Shown: piece by piece, positions 19,740 to 29,544 of the stretch | Position numbering within the stretch: position 1 is the stretch's first letter | How the letters are laid out: each line of letters starts with the position of its first letter | Source of the DNA: an uncultured Flavobacteriaceae bacterium | Lineage (GTDB): Bacteria > Bacteroidota > Bacteroidia > Flavobacteriales > Flavobacteriaceae | Direction of reading: 5' to 3' | NCBI GenBank assembly: GCA_964440105.1 | Contig: CAYTRI010000003.1 | Span: forward strand, 5,545 to 47,295 | DNA: 41,751 nt | The notes under the pieces: model-generated | What the model was told of the DNA's origin: nothing | The model's input: the letters and a program-made list of their open reading frames with translations, nothing else | Database searches by the model: none | Program-made: the position numbers and the translations under genes

Positions 19740-20593
19740 CCGATTTTGTTAAGTATAAAGCCCAATATATTGATAAACGGACGTTTTTTTGCAATACTCA
19801 ACCACCCGGCATCATATTTTATCTTTCTTTTTTCGAAACGATTAGGCGTACCTGCAATTGTGTGGTCATCAACTAGCTCCATAAACTCTGGCATCTCATA
19901 GGCATCAAAATCAAAAAATTGAGACATATTATTCAAAATCTGTTGAGGGTTTTCAAAAAAATCTTCGTAATTAATTTTAAAAACATCTTTTTTCTTTATT
20001 TTCCAAAGCATTAATCTACACCACAATCTATGTGAATAATTAGCTAAAAGCAATTTAAGAAGGCTAATATCCTTTTCGCCATATTTTTTTCGCCATTTTT
20101 GCTTTGAAAATGTCACGGCGCGCAAATCTCTTTTTAAATAAATAAACTTAAAATTAAAAGGAGAATTTTTATAAAGAGATACCCCATGAAATGCTTTCTT
20201 TGAAGAGTCAATCAACATAGTGCAATTTGTAGTTTCAAAGACTGCTGTATACATCCCGTTAATCAAAGAAACAACCTTAGAATTTTCTGATTTTTGTTTT
20301 TCCTTATCCTTTCTTTTAGGATAGACAATCTTAGTGTTTGTAATTTTTTGAGGGTTTAAGATATTAAGGTTTCGGTATATCTTATTCCAAAAATCGCATT
20401 CCAATAAACTTTCACCACAAGAACAATTCCAATCCCAAGTACTTCCAGGTCCTGTTTTATGAATGTAACCGCCCAAAAGATATGTTTCCCCTACTGAAAC
20501 CATTTGTGAGGATTTTGAAAGAATATTCTCAATTAAAGTAGATCCAGACCGTTCATTAGACATTATATAGATGATAGTTTGTCTTTCTTTCAT
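19736..20593 (-). CDS. PAPS-dependent sulfotransferase (second, different subfamily)
   Basis: SNERSGSTLIENIL PSB loop, CSCG motif, IDSSK, YLKRDLRAVTFS, NYEDFFENP; ATGA overlap with wzx. Confidence 0.85.
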   Translation of the reverse strand: MKERQTIIYIMSNERSGSTLIENILSKSSQMVSVGETYLLGGYIHKTGPGSTWDWNCSCGESLLECDFWNKIYRNLNILNPQKITNTKIVYPKRKDKEKQKSENSKVVSLINGMYTAVFETTNCTMLIDSSKKAFHGVSLYKNSPFNFKFIYLKRDLRAVTFSKQKWRKKYGEKDISLLKLLLANYSHRLWCRLMLWKIKKKDVFKINYEDFFENPQQILNNMSQFFDFDAYEMPEFMELVDDHTIAGTPNRFEKRKIKYDAGWLSIAKKRPFINILGFILNKIG

Positions 20594-20726
20594 AATATTT
20601 TCTATGTATTGTTCAAAAATCTATTTTTAACTTATGGCTTATTAAACTATAGTATTAAATAAACTAAACAGCTGTTGTCTTTGGGGTTTCAAAGAAATAA
20701 AAGACACATGAACATCATACACTTTG

Positions 20727-21518
20727 TTAGCGGTAGTTTTTAATTTTATTTCTTGCAATTTTATAGAGTCCCTCATGAATCATAAAGTATTGACGTCTAG
20801 TGCTTAGGGGTTGTTGTTGTTGTTTTACTTTTCCTTTTAAGTAGTCATCAACAAGAGAAACCATAGAGCTAGCCATGACGGGTTCAAAACTTGCTCTTAA
20901 ACTTTTAATTGACTTATGTTCTCCTAATGGAATTTTTATTTTTCTCAGAATATCGCCTGTATCAATGCCTGTGTCCATGAAATGCATAGTAATACCTAAT
21001 TCCTCAATTTCATTTTCAAGAATACACCATTCAGGTAAATCCATACCCTTATATCTAGGTAAAATTCCCATATGGCAATTGATAATTCCATCTCCAGAAT
21101 TATCTAAAATATTTTTTCTGATTATACCACCACCTGTGAAAATTATTAACTTTTCATCATAAGACTTTAGTAATAGTTCAACATTATTATCATTCAAAGA
21201 ATTACACTTTATTATTTTAGTAGCATTTTTCTTGAATTCATTAATGTTCTTAATTACGAGATTATTCTCTTTTCTAAATGATACAATTGAATTTAGTTCA
21301 CTTGAATACGCCTTTTCTTTTAAAAAAAGTTTATTCCATATTTTCTTTATCAGTCTTATTCCATCTCGTGAAAATTCTTTCCTAAAACGCTTAATTGTAA
21401 ATTTTCTTACAACAATACATTCGATATGGTATCCTTTTCTTAGTAATAACTCACACACACTTGTTGTATACAAACTGTAAGGGTTAGGGCAAAAAACAAT
21501 GATGTTTTTTTTATTCAT
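20727..21518 (-). CDS. Formyltransferase family protein (N10-formyl-THF dependent)
   Basis: INCHMGILPRYKG and ITMHFMDTGIDTG retain the Asn/His/Asp catalytic residues of the Formyl_trans_N family. Confidence 0.85.
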   Translation of the reverse strand: MNKKNIIVFCPNPYSLYTTSVCELLLRKGYHIECIVVRKFTIKRFRKEFSRDGIRLIKKIWNKLFLKEKAYSSELNSIVSFRKENNLVIKNINEFKKNATKIIKCNSLNDNNVELLLKSYDEKLIIFTGGGIIRKNILDNSGDGIINCHMGILPRYKGMDLPEWCILENEIEELGITMHFMDTGIDTGDILRKIKIPLGEHKSIKSLRASFEPVMASSMVSLVDDYLKGKVKQQQQPLSTRRQYFMIHEGLYKIARNKIKNYR

Positions 21519-22059
21519 TTTCTAATTGATTAAGAATATACTCAACTTGCCTGTTCTTGATAATATCAAGTTCTTTTACCGAATTAGGTGTACTATTTAC
21601 AGGTTTAATCCATTTTAAATCAGCTATTTTTAATGCTGTATTTAAATAAAGTAAGTCACAATTATTGATGTGATACTCAACAAAAAGAGCTTTAAGCTGC
21701 TGGAAAATCAAAATGCTCTCTCTCCTCGAACGACCATATAATTTTTCATTTTTTTTTAATTTAGATAAATTAACCTCTATATATCTTAAAAGATTCAAGC
21801 AACAATTATCTACTTCATCTTTATATTCCTCAAGATATAATGCAAGTCTAAGATTTATAATAGTTGCTGGCTTAATATTTCTAAACTTTGGATAATCCGG
21901 TGGTATTAAACTAATACTTTGGATTTTTTTTGTTAAGGCATTATTAATAGAATTAGTATTTAAATCATGAAGATTAATAGCATTAACTAAAGGAAAATGA
22001 TTTGAACTAATCAGCTGATTCAAATACTTTTTTTGATAAGGACTTTCCTTTGTTTTCAT
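21511..22059 (-). CDS. Hypothetical alpha-helical protein
   Basis: ATG at 22059 overlaps the upstream stop (ATGA) and the 3' end overlaps the formyltransferase start. No recognisable family; contains DLLYLNTALKIADL. Confidence 0.7.
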   Translation of the reverse strand: MKTKESPYQKKYLNQLISSNHFPLVNAINLHDLNTNSINNALTKKIQSISLIPPDYPKFRNIKPATIINLRLALYLEEYKDEVDNCCLNLLRYIEVNLSKLKKNEKLYGRSRRESILIFQQLKALFVEYHINNCDLLYLNTALKIADLKWIKPVNSTPNSVKELDIIKNRQVEYILNQLENE

Positions 22060-23078
22060 GATAATGAGCATTTTATTGATTTACCATCAAATCCTTTTAC
22101 AGCTTCAAAAAACATATAAAAATCATCTTTAGTTTGCCTTCCATCAGCAAATCCAATAACTCCAAATTTAAAGTATCTTTTAGGTAGACCATCATGATTG
22201 AAAGTTTTAATAGTTTTCCATTCCTTTAAATTTGTAGAATAATATAAATGAATTTTATCGTCTAAAACTCCTGGGCCAATTTCTTGTCCCGTTGCGGCTA
22301 AATAAATATTATCTTCTAGTTCTTTTATATACCAAATAGGTCCCATTAGTTTTTGCCCAACTCTAGTATCTTTTGTTTTTCTATCCATAATAATATGATG
22401 AGATGGTTCTAATTGACTATCCATTAGCCAATGTACTTCTTTGGGAGTAAAGATTATATTACATGTTCTGAATTTTTGTTGTCCGTCTCCTATTTTTTCT
22501 ACTTCATTAAAATCTCTATCAGCTACCAATAAACAATTTTCCCCTTCAAAATCTCCAGTACAAACCCAAATTTTATCTGTATATTTATCGTAATAACATC
22601 CATGTATATGTTTTATGCTACCTGCAGGAAAAGTATATATTTCTTTCCAGCTCTTACCACCATCTTTACTACAATAAACAGGGACTGAATTTCTATTTCC
22701 ATTGTTTCCATATTCGCCGAAATAGATTAATCCATCTGGTGTTGAATTTATAGATTGATGTAAAACATTTCTGCAATTCTTTAAGTTAAGAGTATGAATT
22801 AGTTCTCCCTTTTCAGAATTATATAGATATACTTTGCCTTGTCGAATAATTATTAAATTGTCATGATGCAAGAAAACATTACACTTGTCAAGTCTTAATG
22901 CTCTTCTTGCCAGTCTAAAAAAACCAAAAAGTTGTTTTAGAAGGTTTTTTTCAGGTAACTTAACCTTTAAAATTTTATCATTTTTATTAAAAAATATGGT
23001 TCTATATTTTGAAGTAATTAAGGTGTCATCTTGTGCATAATGAACAATCTCTTTGTTTATTTTCGAAATAATTTTCAT
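22056..23078 (-). CDS. Asp-box/BNR beta-propeller protein (sialidase-like fold), function unknown
   Basis: YCSKDGGKSWK and YYSTNLKEWK Asp boxes, YFGEY, KHIHG; no signal peptide evident. Confidence 0.75.
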   Translation of the reverse strand: MKIISKINKEIVHYAQDDTLITSKYRTIFFNKNDKILKVKLPEKNLLKQLFGFFRLARRALRLDKCNVFLHHDNLIIIRQGKVYLYNSEKGELIHTLNLKNCRNVLHQSINSTPDGLIYFGEYGNNGNRNSVPVYCSKDGGKSWKEIYTFPAGSIKHIHGCYYDKYTDKIWVCTGDFEGENCLLVADRDFNEVEKIGDGQQKFRTCNIIFTPKEVHWLMDSQLEPSHHIIMDRKTKDTRVGQKLMGPIWYIKELEDNIYLAATGQEIGPGVLDDKIHLYYSTNLKEWKTIKTFNHDGLPKRYFKFGVIGFADGRQTKDDFYMFFEAVKGFDGKSIKCSLS

Positions 23079-23325
23079 GGTTTTGTTTGAATTTTATTCT
23101 CATTGATAGAGCTACCTTTACTATGATAACTTTCAAATTCGTGAACTACTTTTTTTTGCATTTTTCCTCATTAATAACGTTCAATATCAATTTATCATAT
23201 ATTGGATTAGTTATTTTCCAAAAAAAGTAGTTAAATAAATTAGAAACCTTTTAAATATATAATATTGCATCTGTGATATTAACTCGAAAGTGCTAATTAA
23301 TTTTTAAATCCAATGTCCGTTTACT

Positions 23326-24471
23326 TTATTCTTTTATTTCGCTTTCAATAAAGTTGATAATGCTAGAAGCCCTTTCTCCTATTTCAAAATTCTTCGAGTA
23401 TTCCATTGCATTATTGGACATTTGTGCTCTTCTTTTGTCATCACTAATAATCGATTCTATAGCGCTTTCAATGGCTTTTACATTTAAAGGGTCAACCAAA
23501 ATGGAAAAAGAAGGATTACATTGATCCATTACTTCTGGAATTTTTGAAGACACCACTGGTAATCCGCAAGCCATTGCCTCAACTATGGCATTGCATGACC
23601 CTTCTTTTTGCGTTGGCAGCACAAAAAGATCAGCGGCAGAAAGTAACTCGGGAATTTGATGCGATGGAACACTTCCTTTGAAGAAAACCGAAGTACCTTC
23701 CGGTTCTTGATACCCGCTACCTATAAATAATGCTCCAACATTATCTAGATTTTGAACGGCTTCTAATACTCGCAAAGGCCCCTTCACAGGTTCAAATCTA
23801 CCTACAAAGGCAACTAATTTAAGATTTATGGGAAGTTTATATTTCCTCCTCATTTCTGTTTTATTCCTCTTATAGAATTTAGTAAGGTCAACGGCATTGG
23901 ATTTCATAAATATTTTGTTTTTAGAAATCCCATAGTCGTCGATTAATTGGTTTTTTAACTTATTTGAAACAGCTACAAAACCTCGTACCTGCATTACGCT
24001 TTCTTTAAAGTAATCTTTAGGATTTAGTTTATTATTTAATAAACCCTGTATAATTTCTGTAAGATCATTTTCACCTATAGCTACGAAGAAAGGTTTGTTG
24101 TACTTTTTAAGTGCATTTACAGCAATAATACCATTCGTCATAAAATGGGCGTAAACAAAATCAAATTCCAAATTATGCTTTTTTGTAATTCTTTTTATGC
24201 CTTTTATTTCCGCAATCTCGCCAATTCTATAAGTATTAAAAAAACCTATTTGCTTATTAGATGAGGAAAAAGATAATGGGCGATAAACTGTACAGTTCTC
24301 TACTCCATAAGATTCGACTTTTTTAGCCCCTAATGATAAAATATTTTTAGAGCATATTACAGTTACCTCATGTTCCAACTTACAAAATTGCTGTGCCAAA
24401 TTATATACAAACGTACCCCGCGATGGATTTTCTAAAGATGGATAATTATTAGATACTATCAATATTTTCAT
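23326..24471 (-). CDS. Glycosyltransferase family 4 (paralog A)
   Basis: FVGRF..KG, DLFVLPT..EG...AIVEAMACGLPVVSS (EX7E motif). Confidence 0.92.
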   Translation of the reverse strand: MKILIVSNNYPSLENPSRGTFVYNLAQQFCKLEHEVTVICSKNILSLGAKKVESYGVENCTVYRPLSFSSSNKQIGFFNTYRIGEIAEIKGIKRITKKHNLEFDFVYAHFMTNGIIAVNALKKYNKPFFVAIGENDLTEIIQGLLNNKLNPKDYFKESVMQVRGFVAVSNKLKNQLIDDYGISKNKIFMKSNAVDLTKFYKRNKTEMRRKYKLPINLKLVAFVGRFEPVKGPLRVLEAVQNLDNVGALFIGSGYQEPEGTSVFFKGSVPSHQIPELLSAADLFVLPTQKEGSCNAIVEAMACGLPVVSSKIPEVMDQCNPSFSILVDPLNVKAIESAIESIISDDKRRAQMSNNAMEYSKNFEIGERASSIINFIESEIKE

Positions 24472-25655
24472 TGCGTTGATTTTTCTTGTTTAACTCTGGA
24501 TACTACGTGGACAGCAGAACCTATCAACAACGCAAAAAAGAACCAGAATAATATTTTTCTTATACTACCACCTTGTTTAGACATATTAAAAACAGTAATA
24601 ACGAAGAGTACAAGATTTAAAGATTCTCCAGAATCTTTAAAATGAAGCAATAGTAATTTAGTCAGTCGGGCTAAAAAAATTGTAAATAAAATTATTCCAG
24701 GTAGACCAGCTGCGATAAATATATAGAGAAAAATATTATGCGGTCCCAAATAAATTCCTGAATAAGCAAACATTTTAGGCTTGACTCCTTCAAACCCAGC
24801 ACCAATCATGATGTTATCCTTTATTATTTTAAATGCCGCATCCCAAAGTGCATTTCTTCCTGTTTCACCCGATTCTACCGTTTCTAAAAAGCGTTCTGCA
24901 AGAGCAGGATTTGTTTCCAATAAGTAAGTTATCAGCATACCAGAGGCAAGTGCGGCAAAAATAACTAACGCCCATTTATTTAAAATATTTGTCTTTCTAA
25001 AATAAAGTAAAACTGCAAGTCCCAAAAACATAGATGCAAAAGCTCCACGCGAACCAGAGGTAGCAACCAAGCCAATAAAAGGGATACAAATAGCACCAAT
25101 GACTATTAATCTTTTAATGGAAAATTTCTTAATTAGCCATGAAATTGCTATGAGAAAAGCAAAAGAAGCTTTTGTTCCCATAATATTAGGGTTCTCTCCA
25201 AACAACAACAATCTATCATTTACATAAGTTACACCGTTTCCCTGGGAAACCAATAAAGCAACCAAAAGCATACTAGCTATATAACTATTTAAAACAATGG
25301 GCAAAGTTTTGGGTTTTATATAAAGATGAGCAGCTATAAAAGTCATTAAAACAATTAAAAGAAGTGTTTTATACTCATAAGCATTTTTAAATTCAGTCAC
25401 ATATTCAGAGTTTAAAGCAGAATTAATAAACCCAACAAAAATCAACAATAACAAGGGTATTACAAATTTTTTAAAGGGTGCAAACTGAAAATTACTACCA
25501 ATCAATGGAACCCAGGTTGCTAAGTAAAGTATAGTTGTGATGAAGGTGACCGAAAGTGTCCCAACAAGTTGAAAAGGATCCCAACTTTCAAAAGTTACAG
25601 AAAAAACAAGTAAAAATAAACAGTAGTCATTGATAATATTTAAAGACCTGATCAT
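24468..25655 (-). CDS. O-antigen ligase/polymerase family membrane protein (probable Wzy)
   Basis: Multiple TM segments, GENPN, TSGSRGA, GRNALW, GAGF, PHNIFL motifs; lies in a wzx/wza/wzc locus. Confidence 0.85.
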   Translation of the reverse strand: MIRSLNIINDYCLFLLVFSVTFESWDPFQLVGTLSVTFITTILYLATWVPLIGSNFQFAPFKKFVIPLLLLIFVGFINSALNSEYVTEFKNAYEYKTLLLIVLMTFIAAHLYIKPKTLPIVLNSYIASMLLVALLVSQGNGVTYVNDRLLLFGENPNIMGTKASFAFLIAISWLIKKFSIKRLIVIGAICIPFIGLVATSGSRGAFASMFLGLAVLLYFRKTNILNKWALVIFAALASGMLITYLLETNPALAERFLETVESGETGRNALWDAAFKIIKDNIMIGAGFEGVKPKMFAYSGIYLGPHNIFLYIFIAAGLPGIILFTIFLARLTKLLLLHFKDSGESLNLVLFVITVFNMSKQGGSIRKILFWFFFALLIGSAVHVVSRVKQEKSTQ

Positions 25656-25760
25656 AATTTATTCATGAACATTTAAAATCAATAAACAAATTAAATGAAA
25701 AATTAAGTAGAAACGTTGATTTAATAGATTAAAAATAGTTTTTTTCGATTAATTGAATAT

Positions 25761-26885
25761 TTATTCTTCTATTTCGCCTTCAATAAAGTTTAGAATGCTG
25801 GCTGCTCTTTCTCTAATTTCAAGATTCTTTGAGTATTTCAAAGCATTCTTAGACATTTCTGCTCTTCTTCCATCATTATTAAGAATAGAATCTATCGCTT
25901 TTTCTATGGCAGTAACATCTAAAGGATCTACCAAAATAGAAAAAGAAGGATGACATTGATCCATGACTTCTGGAATTTTTGAAGACACAACTGGTAACCC
26001 GCAAGCAATGGCCTCAGCAATAGCATTGCATGATCCTTCTCTTTGAGTAGGGAGAACAAAAATATCAGCAGCAGAAAGTAACTCAGGAATTGCATAAGAA
26101 GGTACGCTTTTGTTAAAAACGACTGAAGAACCAACAGGTTGCTGAGGTCCGTCGCCCATAAAGAGTCCTCCAACATTATCTAAATTTTTAACCGCTTCCA
26201 AAACACGTAATGGTCCTTTGTGAGGTAAAAATCTACCTACAAAAGCAACCAGTTTAAGATCCATAGGCAGTTTATATTTCTTCCTCATTACTACCTTATT
26301 TCTTTTGTAGAATTTAGTAAGGTCAACAGCGTTAGGTTTCATAAAAATGTTATTTTCGGAAACACCAAAATCCATTAATTGTTTTTTCAACTTATTAGAA
26401 ACAGCTACAAAACCTCTAATCTGTTTAATACTTTGTTTAAAATAATCTCTAGGATACATTTTAGTTAAACCTATAAGATCACTTTCACCTATAGCTACAA
26501 AAAAAGGTTTATTGTAATGTTTAAGGGCGTTTAATGCACAAATACCATTCATCATGAAATGGGCGTAAACAAAATCAAATTCTAGGTTATGTTTTTTTAA
26601 AATTTTTTTTATGCTCTTAATTTGTGATATTTCTCCAACTCTATACGTATTAAAAGGGCCTATCTGCTTGTTAGAAAGGGAAAAATATGATGGCCTATAA
26701 ACCGTGCAATTCTCTTCTCCATAGGATTTAACTTTTTTGGTTCCAGTAGCTAAAATATTTTTAGAGCATATTACAGTTACCTCATGTCCTAATTTACAAA
26801 ATTGCTGTACCAAATTGTAAACAAACACACCTCTTGCTGGATATTCTAAGGATGGATAATTATTAGATACTACTAATATTCTCAT
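25761..26885 (-). CDS. Glycosyltransferase family 4 (paralog B)
   Basis: Same motifs as 23326..24471; 48 of the first 60 residues are identical by manual count. Confidence 0.92.
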   Translation of the reverse strand: MRILVVSNNYPSLEYPARGVFVYNLVQQFCKLGHEVTVICSKNILATGTKKVKSYGEENCTVYRPSYFSLSNKQIGPFNTYRVGEISQIKSIKKILKKHNLEFDFVYAHFMMNGICALNALKHYNKPFFVAIGESDLIGLTKMYPRDYFKQSIKQIRGFVAVSNKLKKQLMDFGVSENNIFMKPNAVDLTKFYKRNKVVMRKKYKLPMDLKLVAFVGRFLPHKGPLRVLEAVKNLDNVGGLFMGDGPQQPVGSSVVFNKSVPSYAIPELLSAADIFVLPTQREGSCNAIAEAIACGLPVVSSKIPEVMDQCHPSFSILVDPLDVTAIEKAIDSILNNDGRRAEMSKNALKYSKNLEIRERAASILNFIEGEIEE

Positions 26886-27645
26886 TCAACTAATTTTCTT
26901 ATTTAGTTTAAAGCAGATTCAGCTTCGCCTATAACAACGCAAAAAAGAGCCAAAATATTATTTTCTTACACTTTAAAAAAGTTAAAAATAAAATTATCCC
27001 TTTAAGACCAGTAGCGATATACGCATGAATAAAAATCTTTTAAAGTAGAAAATAAATTCCTGAATAATACTAATATGTCCTAAGCAAAACACTTTGAAAT
27101 CCAGCCCCAAAAATACTATAATTCTTAATTGCTAAAAACCTACCCCATAATACATTTCCTCCTGCGTCGCCTTATTATACTATTTCAAAAAAAGTGCCGC
27201 CATAAGTGGATTCGTTTACAGTAAGCAAGTTATTAAGAGGCCAGAATTTCAAAAATAATTGGCATCCATTTATTTATGACTCATGTTTTTCATAATAGAG
27301 CAGAATTGGAAGTCTTAAAACATGGGTAAAGTTTTGGTTTGATTTAAAGATGAGTAGCAATAAAGGTAATCAGAACATTTAAAAAAAGTAATAAGCATAT
27401 TTTAATTCTGTTATAAATTTAGAGTTTGTAAGCAAAAAAAATAAACCTTGTAAAAATCAGAAACAATGGAGGTATTACCGGTTTCTTTAAAGTAAAAAAA
27501 TCTTAATTGTTAATGGAATCAAAGTCGCGAAATTGGTGCGCGAAGATGAGCCAACCTAATTTAAAGAAATCCCACTTCTTTAAGTCATAGATAATATAAT
27601 TAAAACGAAACAGTGATAATTGATTATATTAAAAAGCCTTATCAT
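26882..27645 (-). pseudogene. Decayed duplicate of the wzy-like gene at 24468..25655
   Basis: Collinear nucleotide similarity along its length, e.g. ACAACGCAAAAAAGA, AAATAAATTCCTGAATAA and TAAAGATGAG are shared. Same ATGA overlap with the downstream GT4. Many frameshifts, stops and internal deletions. Confidence 0.88.
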
Positions 27646-27747
27646 AATTCATTCAAGGACATTTAGCATCCTTATTTAAATATAAATTTAAAAAAAAGTG
27701 GACTTTTACTTTGATGTATTTAAAGACTGCTTTTTCATAGATTAATG

Positions 27748-27755
27748 CAAATTTA
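27748..27755 (-). promoter_or_regulatory. Putative -7 promoter element for the long minus-strand block
   Basis: TAAATTTG(CA) on the minus strand about 100 nt upstream of the pseudo-wzy start. Confidence 0.45.
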
Positions 27756-28008
27756 AAGATCTTCAAAAACAATATATTAAGATGAAGAATTTTATTTTAT
27801 TCTTTAGAGAAATGCGTTTACCTCACCTTTAACTTCTTATCTTTCGCAAAAGAAATTAAAGAAAAAAAGAACTAATTTTTTGAAAGGAAAACAATAATAA
27901 ACTGTTTTTTAATCAGAAATAATATAATTCAAATAATATACACGAGATATTTTAGTTATTGCAAATAGATAAGATATCTAACTCTTTGTAAAACATCAAC
28001 GCCAAAAA

Positions 28009-29190
28009 ATGAAACATTTGGAAAACCCTAAAAAAAAAATAGCAATAGTATATCCTTATTTTGCCCACTATAGATTACCGGTCTTGCAAGAATTGATGAA
28101 ATCGACTTCCATTAATTACACTCTGATTTCAGACTCAGATTCCGGAAATGATATTAAGAAAATAAATCCTGATTTAGCAAACAAAAGTTTAGCGAATGGA
28201 GGTCTTCGTTGGAAATTTGTGAAAAATAGATGGATTTATAAAGAAGCTGTCCTTTGGCAATCTGGGTTATTTAAACTTTTACGAAAAGAAAAGTTTGATG
28301 GCGCCGTTTTCTTAGGTCCCTCATACTACCTTTCCATATGGTTCTCAGCTTTTTATCTTAAACTTACAGGTAAAAATTTGTATATATGGACTCATGGTGT
28401 GACATCCACGAAAAAGGATTTTAGATGGAAGCTTTGGAAAAATTTGTATAAACTATGCTATGGGGTTCTCTTGTATGGCCATAAAGCCAAAGAAGTAATG
28501 GCTGAAAATGGGCTTTCAGAAAAAAAGCTACATGTAATATACAACTCTACAGGAACTGTCGATAATCTGATTATGAAAAATCAAATAACCCTTGAAGAAA
28601 AGAACCATATTAAACAGAAATTATTTAAGCATCCAGATTTACCTATAATCATATTTGTAGGCCGGCTTACCTATGTTAAAAAGTTAAATCAAATTCTAGA
28701 AGCGGCTCATATTTTGGCCGAAGAAGATTTTAAAGTTAATGTGCTTTTTGTAGGAGAAGGTGAAGCCAAAAAGGACTTGGAAAGCTTGGCGCAAAGCCTA
28801 AATCTAGCAGATTACTGCCATTTTTATGGAGCTTGTTTCAAAAAAGAAGAGCTTGAGCTACTATTTAATATCAGTAGCCTTTGCGTATCACCAGGTGAAG
28901 TGGGGTTAACAGCAATGTCAGCGTTAGGTAATGGAATACCCGTACTATCACATGATGATTTTAATTATCAAATGCCAGAATATGAAGCTATTGAGCCTGG
29001 CCTAAACGGTATGCTTTTTAAAAGAAATTCCATTTCTGATTTAGCTTTAAAAACGAAACAATGGATTGTTGAAAATAAAGACACCTCAGAGGAATTAATG
29101 AGAAGTAATTGCCATAAAATTATTAAGGAAAAATATAATGCCGAATATCAGGCTGAATTGATAAATAATATACTCCTTGATACCAAGTAA
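28009..29190 (+). CDS. Glycosyltransferase family 4
   Basis: HYRLPV, WTHG, IFVGRL..VKK, SPGEVGLTAMSAL..GIPV (variant of the EX7E region). Confidence 0.88.
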   Translation: MKHLENPKKKIAIVYPYFAHYRLPVLQELMKSTSINYTLISDSDSGNDIKKINPDLANKSLANGGLRWKFVKNRWIYKEAVLWQSGLFKLLRKEKFDGAVFLGPSYYLSIWFSAFYLKLTGKNLYIWTHGVTSTKKDFRWKLWKNLYKLCYGVLLYGHKAKEVMAENGLSEKKLHVIYNSTGTVDNLIMKNQITLEEKNHIKQKLFKHPDLPIIIFVGRLTYVKKLNQILEAAHILAEEDFKVNVLFVGEGEAKKDLESLAQSLNLADYCHFYGACFKKEELELLFNISSLCVSPGEVGLTAMSALGNGIPVLSHDDFNYQMPEYEAIEPGLNGMLFKRNSISDLALKTKQWIVENKDTSEELMRSNCHKIIKEKYNAEYQAELINNILLDTK

Positions 29191-29459
29191 GTTTTTTACT
29201 TTATCATGCCGATAAATAATCGAGATAAGTAGAAATTTAATAATTCTATTAACTATTATCTATGAATAACATTTTGCTACAAAGTCATATGTTTATGCCT
29301 TATCAATTTTTATTCTCCTCTCTACTACATAATGTCAAATTCTTTTTATAGAAAAACGCTCATAGAGTCAGATGGTTATGCAATATATAAGTGTAAACCA
29401 TCGTTTTCATGTTCAAACGCATCTGTTCATCTAAATTTTTGAAGTAATTAACTGATTTC

Positions 29460-29492
29460 TTGCTGTTATTAATTACGTCCGAATTAGATTTG
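29460..29492 (+). promoter_or_regulatory. Putative promoter for the heparinase-like/GT4/wecB/wecC block
   Basis: TTG (29460-29462), 22-nt spacer, TAGATTTG (29485-29492). Confidence 0.45.
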
Positions 29493-29544
29493 CACTCGAT
29501 TTTTGATGAGCTAAATAAAAACCCCTTAAAGTGATTCCTAAACT

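Noticed and set aside
29392-29433. Reverse-oriented look-alikes of the TCG-N6-TAC motif
   Set aside because: Spacing is not 21 bp and the matches are too degenerate to count.
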